DNA from: a virus
Lineage: Duplodnaviria > Caudoviricetes
IMG/VR virus record: IMGVR_UViG_3300043173_000130
Coordinates: 1-40,186 of that record
Strand: one strand, 5' to 3'
Length of the DNA stretch: 40,186 nt
Shown here: piece by piece, positions 32,779 to 40,186 of the stretch
How positions within the stretch are numbered: position 1 is the first letter of the stretch
Layout: the number at the start of each line of letters is the position of its first letter
Notes under the pieces: generated by a model
Seen by the model: only the letters and a program-made list of their open reading frames with translations
The model's database searches: none
Told to the model about the DNA's origin: nothing
Translations under genes and position numbers: made by a program

Positions 32779-33525
32779 GTGGCTTTTCAAATAACACGGG
32801 ATGAGTCGTTACTGGATGTGGTCAATCGTACGTTGGCTGCGGTGGGATTTCCTAGCGTAACGGACGCGGTAGGTTCAAACGACCCCGCTGTGCAGCAGAT
32901 GGTACAATCTGTAAATCAGGCAGGTACTGACTTGCTCGGTATGCACGACTGGCAGCAGATGCTCACCACGTTTTCTACAACCATTCAAGAAGAGTTTCCA
33001 GGTCAGAGTAGCATACTTGTGGATCTGCCTGAGGACTTCTTTGCCTTTAAGGATCAGAGTCAATGGAATGTATCACAACAGCTCCCTATGATTGGCCCCG
33101 TTCTGTCGCAGGATTGGCAGCGCGTTACCGTGCGGACAGCCGACTTTGTTACGAGGTTGCTCTGGCGAATAAAGGGCGGCAAGTGGGAGATAAAGTCCCC
33201 ACCAGTCGAAGAACAGACCATTACGATGGAGTACATCAGCCAGGGCTGGGTAACAGACGCCGATACAGCTGACCTGTTCAAGAACCGCGCCACCAAGAAC
33301 GGTGATGTTTTGTTGTTAGACAATTACCTGACCTATTACTTAGCGAAAGCTAAGTGGTTAGAGGTCAAGGGGTTTGACAGCGCCGCTGCTATGCGTGATT
33401 TCAACGTAGCTTTTGGACAACGATTCACAGTGGACCAGGGTGCCCCCGTGTTGTCGCTTATCAACCGCACGGGCTACCGTTACCTGGACTACTGGAACAT
33501 ACCTGACACAAACTATGGAGTATAG
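32779..33525 (+). CDS. Tail tubular protein A / head-tail adaptor
   Basis: SLLDVVN, DWQQM, DLPEDF, EYIS..W, KGFD, NIPDTNYG; podovirus gene order. Confidence 0.75.
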   Translation: MAFQITRDESLLDVVNRTLAAVGFPSVTDAVGSNDPAVQQMVQSVNQAGTDLLGMHDWQQMLTTFSTTIQEEFPGQSSILVDLPEDFFAFKDQSQWNVSQQLPMIGPVLSQDWQRVTVRTADFVTRLLWRIKGGKWEIKSPPVEEQTITMEYISQGWVTDADTADLFKNRATKNGDVLLLDNYLTYYLAKAKWLEVKGFDSAAAMRDFNVAFGQRFTVDQGAPVLSLINRTGYRYLDYWNIPDTNYGV

Positions 33526-33694
33526 TCCTGAAGAGTTAGCTAGAAAGTTCCATGAAACTTACGAAAGACTCGCACCGGATTATGGTTACGTGACACGTCT
33601 TGATACACAGGCATTTGATACAGATTCTGCCAATGGTCGGTTGATGATTGCTGTTTGTAAGGAAATTTTATATGCCTCTTCAACCACTAGCTAG
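33515..33694 (+). CDS. Small phage protein (59 aa) inserted between tail genes
   Basis: ELARKFHETYERLAPDYGYVTR...RLMIAVCKEIL; overlaps both neighbours. Confidence 0.7.
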   Translation: MEYSPEELARKFHETYERLAPDYGYVTRLDTQAFDTDSANGRLMIAVCKEILYASSTTS

Positions 33695-35303
33695 AAGTGC
33701 CAGGACCATAAGGTCTGGGCAGACTAATCTACAGCAACGGATTACGTCTGGCGCACCTATTCGTGGGCTTACTTCTCAAAAGTCTATTGCTGAGATGGAC
33801 TATCAGGACGCTGTTCGGCTTGACAACTTCATCGTAAAGCCTTTTGGGGTTGAGTTACGGCACGGCTACATTCTTCATCAGAATACTTTTGAATTTCGTA
33901 TTAACACCATTATTCCCTATCAAGCACGGGTACCGGCTGATGATCGTCTGTTTGGCGTTACCTATGAAGGAATTTATGACATAACTTCTCGTCAGGATAA
34001 CGCTGTCAAGCCTACTCCTGACGTTACGTTCGCCACACAGACTCTTGATGTAACAGATCTATGGTCGTGGATTCCTTTCTCCAATCTTGGTGAAAACTTT
34101 GTTTGTGCAGTAAGTGACCTCAACGGTTATTTCACGTATGATGCGACTGGTGGTTGGATAAGTCGTAACGCAGGTATGAGTGGCCCCGTAGGTTTCGACC
34201 CCCTTGATCTTGACTACATCATGTCGTGGAAACGTAGACTGTGGTTTGTGCCGCAGTCTGGTACAAAGGCTTACTATCTACCTGTCAATCAGGTTGTAGG
34301 TGTAGTAGAAGAATTTGATTTTGGCCCGTATATGCGCCAGGGCGGTTCTATAAAGCAGTTAGTGTCCTGGACTCGCGACGGCGGTGACGGCATTGATGAC
34401 TTCTTAATAGTGTTAGGGTCTCAGGGCGATGTAATTGTCTACCAGGGCACCGACCCTGCAAATGCCGACACCTTCGCAATGGTCGGTATTTGGGATCTTG
34501 GCAGTCTGCCCCTTGGGAGGCGGCTTGCTATTAAGTCTGGTGGTGATGTCAAGGTACTGTGTGAGGTGGGCCTCATTGACCTCAGCACACTGTTCCAGGG
34601 TGCGATAAACCTTGCATCAAAAGATTCATTGGGCTACCCAATCCAGACTGCTATCTCTAGTGTTGTTAATCGCACACTAAATACTGGACAGTGGGAGGTT
34701 CACTATTTTTCACCAGAAGAACTGTTTGTAGTTAAAGAACCGATCACTGTATTACTCACTGAGTCAAAAATGTGGGCAGCTAACGTACACTCTCGGGCTT
34801 GGGGTAACTTAAATGACCTTCCCCAGCAAACTCTGGGTATGTTTCAAGATCAGCTGTACGGCTCTGATTCTGTGGGTAACGTGTACCAGTTACTGACTGG
34901 CAACGTAGATAATTTAGATTTTGAAGGCTTCTCCAGTGAAATTACTGGTAGAATACAGACTGGCTTTTACAACTTCGGGACGGCTAAATTAAAGAAGTTC
35001 CATGTTATACAGCCTACGTTTCAATCCCTAGTTGCTCCTGCTCTTCAGGTACAGATGTACACGGAGTTTAATTTTGATGCCCTTTCAGGTTCGCCAGGGT
35101 TTGGCGCACCGACACAAGGTGCTCAATGGGATATTGATAAATGGGACATAGCAGTCTGGGCAGGGCTAGCGAACACGTTTCAAGTATGGGCAGGCGTACA
35201 GGGCATCGGATTCTTTGGTTCACTGGCTATGAATGTACGCGGCGTAGGTGGTACGATCTTTACGCATTGGTCCCTTGCTTTTGAGGAAGGGGGCTTCGTG
35301 TGA
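33672..35303 (+). CDS. Tail tubular protein B / DNA stabilisation protein (beta-propeller nozzle)
   Basis: API.GL, LDNF, WKRRLWF, WTRDGGDGIDD, VIVYQGTDP, WDIDKWD; ATG 33672 with RBS AAGGA. Confidence 0.8.
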   Translation: MPLQPLARSARTIRSGQTNLQQRITSGAPIRGLTSQKSIAEMDYQDAVRLDNFIVKPFGVELRHGYILHQNTFEFRINTIIPYQARVPADDRLFGVTYEGIYDITSRQDNAVKPTPDVTFATQTLDVTDLWSWIPFSNLGENFVCAVSDLNGYFTYDATGGWISRNAGMSGPVGFDPLDLDYIMSWKRRLWFVPQSGTKAYYLPVNQVVGVVEEFDFGPYMRQGGSIKQLVSWTRDGGDGIDDFLIVLGSQGDVIVYQGTDPANADTFAMVGIWDLGSLPLGRRLAIKSGGDVKVLCEVGLIDLSTLFQGAINLASKDSLGYPIQTAISSVVNRTLNTGQWEVHYFSPEELFVVKEPITVLLTESKMWAANVHSRAWGNLNDLPQQTLGMFQDQLYGSDSVGNVYQLLTGNVDNLDFEGFSSEITGRIQTGFYNFGTAKLKKFHVIQPTFQSLVAPALQVQMYTEFNFDALSGSPGFGAPTQGAQWDIDKWDIAVWAGLANTFQVWAGVQGIGFFGSLAMNVRGVGGTIFTHWSLAFEEGGFV

Positions 35304-35755
35304 TTGTTACTAGCGGCAGACATTTCATGCACAAGTGGCTCAATGAGCGTGTCACCGTGTCATTCTCTGCCGATTTTCGGGCTATAGGATGGACAGAGCG
35401 CGGTATGCTGAAGGCTGTGGTGGGGTATACTGACGTTCATGGTAAGACCGCGCAAATCCACGTTGCCGCGGAAGGAAAATACTGGATGCGTCGTGAGTTT
35501 CTATGGTTTACTTTTTATTATCCTTTTGTCCAGCTTAATCTTACTTGGCTAATCGGAATAGTGAATGCCAACAACGCCACTGCCGTGAAAATGGACACTA
35601 ACATAGGCTTTGAAGAGTTTGCACGTATACCCGACGGCTATGCTGACGGGGAAGATCTTATTATGCTGCGCCTACATCGTGATTCATCGCGTGTGCAGAA
35701 GTGGCTCAGCTTAGGAGAACGTTATGGGAAAAGCATCGCCGCCGCCTCCGCCTGA
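35300..35755 (+). CDS. GNAT-fold protein preceding the ejection proteins
   Basis: YPFVQL..N..AVKM...IGFEE..RI; position analogous to T7 gp13. Confidence 0.8.
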   Translation: MIVTSGRHFMHKWLNERVTVSFSADFRAIGWTERGMLKAVVGYTDVHGKTAQIHVAAEGKYWMRREFLWFTFYYPFVQLNLTWLIGIVNANNATAVKMDTNIGFEEFARIPDGYADGEDLIMLRLHRDSSRVQKWLSLGERYGKSIAAASA

Positions 35756-36839
35756 CTATAAGGGTGCTGCTGAAGCGCAGGCAGAGTCTTCGCAAGAGGC
35801 TGCTAATCAACAGATGTACTATAACCGACCGGAGCAAGTTACTCCGTTTGGTAGTCAGCTGTGGAGCTACGGCACCACTACAGATCCCACTAGCGGTAAG
35901 GAGTATACCACCTCCAAACAGACAACCACGGTAGCGCCAGAAGCGCAGCGTGCCCTGAATGCCCAGCTGAATATTCAGAGTGGCCGCAGCGAGTTTGCTC
36001 AAGATATGCTGGGCCGCGTTGAAGAAGGGACAAAGGAAGCCTTTGATTTCGATCAGTACGGCCAGTATCAAGGTTTGCAAGGCACCCGTGACCCGCAGGC
36101 ACCGGGGGCCTATCGGGACGAAGCTTTCACTAATATGCAGAACATGGCCTCCCCTCAGCGTGCCCAAGACCGCGCTCGTGTGGAGACGCAGCTTGCGAAC
36201 CAAGGCATCGTGCAGGGCAGCGAGGCATACAGAAATGCGATGCGTCAGCTTAGTGACCAGGAGTCCAGGCAGGAGATGGGTTTCATGACCCAGGCTGGGG
36301 CTGAGGGGCAGCGTGTACAGCAGATGCAGGGTGCAGAGCAGGGCATGGATGTGACAGGTGCCAGCTATGCGAATAACCTGCGCCAGATGCAAATTGCCGA
36401 AGGGTTACAGGAGAGAAATCTGCCGCTTAATGAGTTGAATGCTTTGTTGACTGGACAGCAGGTTTCGATGCCGCAGATGCCTGGGTTTAAGGAAGCTGGC
36501 AGGGCTGCTGACACGCAGTATCTGGGTGCTGCCCAGATGCAGGGTGAGTACGAGATGGATATTTTCAATGCAGAACAGGCCAGCAAAGATGCTCTTATGT
36601 CTGGGGCTATGAATATGGGCAGCATGGCAATGATGTGCGACCTGCGTGTTAAGCGTAACCTGGAGCACGTAGGCTACTACGACGACGGTATCCCGCAGTA
36701 CGCCTTCCAGTATATCTGGTCTGACGACTGGTACTTCGGCCCGATTGCTCAGGAAGTTGAGCAAGTGCGTCCAGACCTGGTCGGTGAGGTCGATGGTATT
36801 AAATTCGTGAACATGAGAGGACTTGGCTATGCCCATTGA
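35724..36839 (+). CDS. Internal virion/ejection protein with C-terminal peptidase S74-like domain
   Basis: MGKASPPPPPDY, NRPEQVTPFG, LANQGI..GSEAY; CDLRVKRN...GPIAQEV. Confidence 0.8.
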   Translation: MGKASPPPPPDYKGAAEAQAESSQEAANQQMYYNRPEQVTPFGSQLWSYGTTTDPTSGKEYTTSKQTTTVAPEAQRALNAQLNIQSGRSEFAQDMLGRVEEGTKEAFDFDQYGQYQGLQGTRDPQAPGAYRDEAFTNMQNMASPQRAQDRARVETQLANQGIVQGSEAYRNAMRQLSDQESRQEMGFMTQAGAEGQRVQQMQGAEQGMDVTGASYANNLRQMQIAEGLQERNLPLNELNALLTGQQVSMPQMPGFKEAGRAADTQYLGAAQMQGEYEMDIFNAEQASKDALMSGAMNMGSMAMMCDLRVKRNLEHVGYYDDGIPQYAFQYIWSDDWYFGPIAQEVEQVRPDLVGEVDGIKFVNMRGLGYAH

Positions 36840-37434
36840 TCCACGTACAGGACAACCGCTGCCTTATCCGGCCGGACCACCCGGAGCACAGATGCCCTAT
36901 TCTCCTCCTGGACCTCCTGTGGGAGCTCCTAATCCGCAAGCACAGATGGCCGCTGCGATGCGGGGTCAACAGCCCCAGCGGACACCCCCTGGACTCCCCC
37001 AGCGTCCTCAAAGTGGTTTGGGGCTAGCAGGGCAGGGTCCAGCTATCAACGCTGGGATAGCTCCTCAGCAGCAGCAGCAGCTACGTCCTGCGGACATGGC
37101 TATCATGGCTGGCGGGTTGCCCAGCGAGGAGCGTTTTCAGCAGGGAGCACGGGCAGGTGAACTTGCTGACAGTATGCGAGAATCAGCACTGGAACCCATT
37201 CGCGGTAAGATGGTGGGTAACATCTATGTACCTGCAAGTATCACCGAGGGCGGGGCCAAGCTGATACAAGCGTATGTCATACGCCAGAAGGAGAAAGAGC
37301 AGAAAACTGAGCGTGCTGGAGCAAGAAAGGAACAAGCCGGACTGTTGGCTGAATGGTTGAAGTCTCAAGATGGAGGTCCCTCTGGGACAGACCGGGCTAT
37401 GATTTCACCTGTGGCTGGCAATCCTGGGAGGTAG
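36829..37434 (+). CDS. Pro/Gln-rich internal virion protein
   Basis: ATG 36829 with RBS GAGGA; low complexity; G.MVGNIYVP motif. Confidence 0.7.
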   Translation: MPIDPRTGQPLPYPAGPPGAQMPYSPPGPPVGAPNPQAQMAAAMRGQQPQRTPPGLPQRPQSGLGLAGQGPAINAGIAPQQQQQLRPADMAIMAGGLPSEERFQQGARAGELADSMRESALEPIRGKMVGNIYVPASITEGGAKLIQAYVIRQKEKEQKTERAGARKEQAGLLAEWLKSQDGGPSGTDRAMISPVAGNPGR

Positions 37435-37436
37435 CT

Positions 37437-38519
37437 GTGGCTGAGTCTAACAATCCTTATGGGTTAAGCCAAAGCGAATTGAAGCAGATTGACGCTATGG
37501 CTGCGGCGGCTGCCAAGCCGAACCTAAGCTACACGGCGTTGTCTCTGTCTGGTATACCCGGAACTCAGAACGTTGGTACACAGCTACAGGCTCAAGAGAC
37601 TCGTGTACGTGGGGGCCAGCTGAACTCACTAACCAATGCTATGAATGCTAGAGCAGCTCGCCGTGAAAATGCCGCCACTGCCACCTCCCTGGCTGGTACG
37701 AAGGCATCAGCCCTGGTAGGGGCAGCGGGAGCTAAGGCTAAAGCTACCTTGTCCGCATCAGAGCTCGCTAATACGCGGAAGATAGCTGCTGAAGCTATAA
37801 AGGAAAAGAACAGAAATGCACGCGCTGCTGCAAGAGAAAATATGCGTGTATCTGAACAAGCAAAAATGGATGAAAGAGCAGCAGAAAGGGAACGCGGCAG
37901 AAAATTCGCGTACAGGCAGAAGTTTACGCCCAGAGCCGTTCCTCCCTCCATTCAAACAGACCTGGATGCTCAGGTTCAGCAGGTAATGGCTTACGAGCGA
38001 GGCGTTAAGGCGTGGAAACCAGAGTTTGCTTCTGGTCTCACTATGGTGGGCAAGGGCATGAACTGGATAGCCAACAATGCCTCCATGATTTCTCAACAGT
38101 TTCCGGAGATGCGTGAGCAGGCTGAGTGGTGGCGCGACTACGGGTACGACCTCGTGTTAGAAGCTCGCCACTCCAAGTTTGGCTCTGCTTTCACAGCTAA
38201 CGAAGAGCGGATGTGGAATCAGGTCAGTGTAAGCGAGGGTATGCCTGCCGCAGACCTCATTAAAGCTCTTAAGAAGCGTGGGAAAATTGCCAAAGATTCT
38301 TTTGAGCGGCAAGCCCGCACTGCTGCTCAGTCCAGCTTTAATCCGGAGGCTATCAAACAGATTGCTGGTCCAGACTACGAGTGGACTGATTCTAGTGCCT
38401 TGTGGGAGATGCCCCCGTACTTAGAGCCGGAGGAAGAGGCTACTTTAGCTACGGAAATGAGCGAAGATGAAGAGGCAGAATTTGAAAGGCTAAAGGCTAA
38501 ATATCCAGATGGCTCTTAG
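37437..38519 (+). CDS. Internal virion (ejection) protein
   Basis: GTG 37437 with RBS GGAGGT; Ala-rich helical; RH..FGSAFT..E motif. Confidence 0.75.
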   Translation: MAESNNPYGLSQSELKQIDAMAAAAAKPNLSYTALSLSGIPGTQNVGTQLQAQETRVRGGQLNSLTNAMNARAARRENAATATSLAGTKASALVGAAGAKAKATLSASELANTRKIAAEAIKEKNRNARAAARENMRVSEQAKMDERAAERERGRKFAYRQKFTPRAVPPSIQTDLDAQVQQVMAYERGVKAWKPEFASGLTMVGKGMNWIANNASMISQQFPEMREQAEWWRDYGYDLVLEARHSKFGSAFTANEERMWNQVSVSEGMPAADLIKALKKRGKIAKDSFERQARTAAQSSFNPEAIKQIAGPDYEWTDSSALWEMPPYLEPEEEATLATEMSEDEEAEFERLKAKYPDGS

Positions 38520-40186
38520 TGAGGAACAACGCACGCTACTTCGTAAGCTGAAGTTACGCGAGCTTCAAGAGCGGGAAGCTGCTGAGAATGCCCTGCCCGA
38601 TCCCATGTCTGCAGAGGGGCTGGCCCTGCAAGGGTCCAGCACCAGCCCAGAAGAAGCGCGGGCCATAGCATCCCCTGGCCCGCCCAGCGATGTCCCCACG
38701 CTCCCTGGTGAGGAGGAGCCTCCCTCACGACTGCCGCAGCATATTGGTCGGCGAGCAATGCCTCGGGTTATGAATGAGCTAATGGAAGAGCGTGGTATGG
38801 ACTACGGCGACCGCGCTGACGCTATGCTGGGCGCTGGTCCTATGGCGCTGTATCAGGGAGCCAAGCAAATCACTGGTTTAGGTGACCAAGCAGAGAATGA
38901 ACAGTCCATACGTGACTGGCGTAATCTGGCTAGAGGCGCAAGCATGGGCGAGGGCCGTGGGTTTATCAATGCTGGTACGATGGGAAGAATTGCTAGTGAC
39001 CTTGGCACGCTGGCCCTCCCTATGGGTGCTGCTGAGCAAGCTGCTGGTAAGGTCGCCGCTCGCGTACTGCCACAGTCAGTGGCAAAAACCACTGCTGCCT
39101 CGGGTGTCGGGGCTACTGAAATGGCGGCGCAGCCTGTCTTGGGCGATGAGTCACGTCTAACGAATGCAGCCATAGGTGCCGTCCTCCCTGGTGCGATGAG
39201 TGCAACTACGCAGGCTGGTCGTAGAGCCACCACTGGTATGTTTGACACCAGTGCTCCCGCCGCACGTCTGGAAATGGACTCCGGCATTACGCCTACTCTT
39301 GGGCAGTCTATTGAGGGAGGCATACCCGCTAAGATTATTAAGAATATCGAGGACTATACTGAAGGTATAATCCCAGGAGTTGCTGGTGGGCGTAAGCGGG
39401 CTAGACAAGAGCTCTTTGACGCCATTGGCATGGACGCCTCACCCAAAAACTTGACTAGCATTGGCAATGAACATCGGGTAGGTAGCCCTGAGTACTTTAA
39501 CACCTTACGAGATCAGTTTGACGACGCCTATGGTAAGCTCCTTAATGATGTTGAGCTTGAAGCTCCAGGCATTATATCTTTAATTGATGAAGCTTTGGAA
39601 TCAGCAGGTACAGAGTTTGATGCACCTTTACGGGCACGGCTAAGGAAATCGTTGCTTGAGGGTATTCCAGAAGAAGGTGTGGGCATGGTGACTGGACGCC
39701 AGCTTAAGAAACTAATGTCTGATGCTAGCGAAGGAGTGAGTAAGGCTACTCTGGGTGGTGATGCCGGTAAGAATAGGTCGGCCATCGCCATGTACAATTC
39801 GGTGCGTGATAATCTTGCTGACCTCTTAGAAAGGCGGGCTGGACCAGAAAAATCGGCTGCTCTGCGCCAACTTGATGCTGCCTATGCGGAACGGCAGGTA
39901 CTGGAAGAAACTGCTGGCAACGTATTCCAGACCACCCCTGGCGAGCTTACTGCTGAAGCTCTAGCTGCAACAGTACGTTCTCGCAGTACCCCATCCATGA
40001 TGGCTAATCAAACTGGTACTGCATCGCAGTTATCAGCAGATGCTACTAACGTAATGCGCCCTGCTAGAGAAAGTATGTGGGTTCGTACTCTGGGTGGTCT
40101 TGGCTTGGGTGCTGGAGTCTACTCTAGCCCTGCCCTTACCGCAGCAGTCGCCCTGCCTCTTGCCGGTATCACGGGTGTTGGGTCTA
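38509..40186 (+). CDS. Large internal virion/ejection protein, truncated by the window end (not in ORF track)
   Basis: MALSEEQRTLLRKLKLRELQERE...; frame spot-checked as open to the end (...LGGLGLGAGVYSSPALTAAVALPLAGITGVGS); Ala/Gly-rich. Confidence 0.8.
   Translation, partial: MALSEEQRTLLRKLKLRELQEREAAENALPDPMSAEGLALQGSSTSPEEARAIASPGPPSDVPTLPGEEEPPSRLPQHIGRRAMPRVMNELMEERGMDYGDRADAMLGAGPMALYQGAKQITGLGDQAENEQSIRDWRNLARGASMGEGRGFINAGTMGRIASDLGTLALPMGAAEQAAGKVAARVLPQSVAKTTAASGVGATEMAAQPVLGDESRLTNAAIGAVLPGAMSATTQAGRRATTGMFDTSAPAARLEMDSGITPTLGQSIEGGIPAKIIKNIEDYTEGIIPGVAGGRKRARQELFDAIGMDASPKNLTSIGNEHRVGSPEYFNTLRDQFDDAYGKLLNDVELEAPGIISLIDEALESAGTEFDAPLRARLRKSLLEGIPEEGVGMVTGRQLKKLMSDASEGVSKATLGGDAGKNRSAIAMYNSVRDNLADLLERRAGPEKSAALRQLDAAYAERQVLEETAGNVFQTTPGELTAEALAATVRSRSTPSMMANQTGTASQLSADATNVMRPARESMWVRTLGGLGLGAGVYSSPALTAAVALPLAGITGVGS

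Overview
Most of a tailed dsDNA phage genome, probably infecting a Gamma/Betaproteobacterium (sigma70-type promoters, one CTGT-N8-ACAG LexA box). The left arm (294-11089, minus strand) is a YuA/M6-like replication module: family A DNA polymerase, PD-(D/E)XK exonuclease, VRR-NUC nuclease, SNF2 helicase and a putative SSB. It ends in a thymidine-modification cassette: a TAGT/GREB1/JGT-type glycosyltransferase, a 5-hmdU DNA kinase-like (aGPT-Pplase1) protein, a dUMP hydroxymethylase and a DUF3310 (T7 gp1.7-like) protein. No amino acid:DNA transferase is visible, which suggests a sugar-based (base J-like or phosphoglycosyl) hypermodification of hmU; this is the best candidate for a new system. The centre holds two promoter-terminator units with no convincing ORF (one carries an anti-RBS seed), a TOPRIM+SF3 primase-helicase and small early genes. 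A ~1.4 kb control region follows, with an iteron/AT-rich origin-like site, a 6-bp-phased GATC array, palindromes, a LexA-box promoter and G/C tracts. The right arm (18349-end, plus strand) is a podovirus-type morphogenesis operon: TerS, TerL, portal, scaffold, capsid, holin, fibre module with an 18x22-aa repeat protein, M15 endolysin, tail tubular proteins, GNAT and ejection proteins. No integrase, repressor, tRNA or CRISPR array was recognised. Family calls come from motif recognition by eye, not from database searches.
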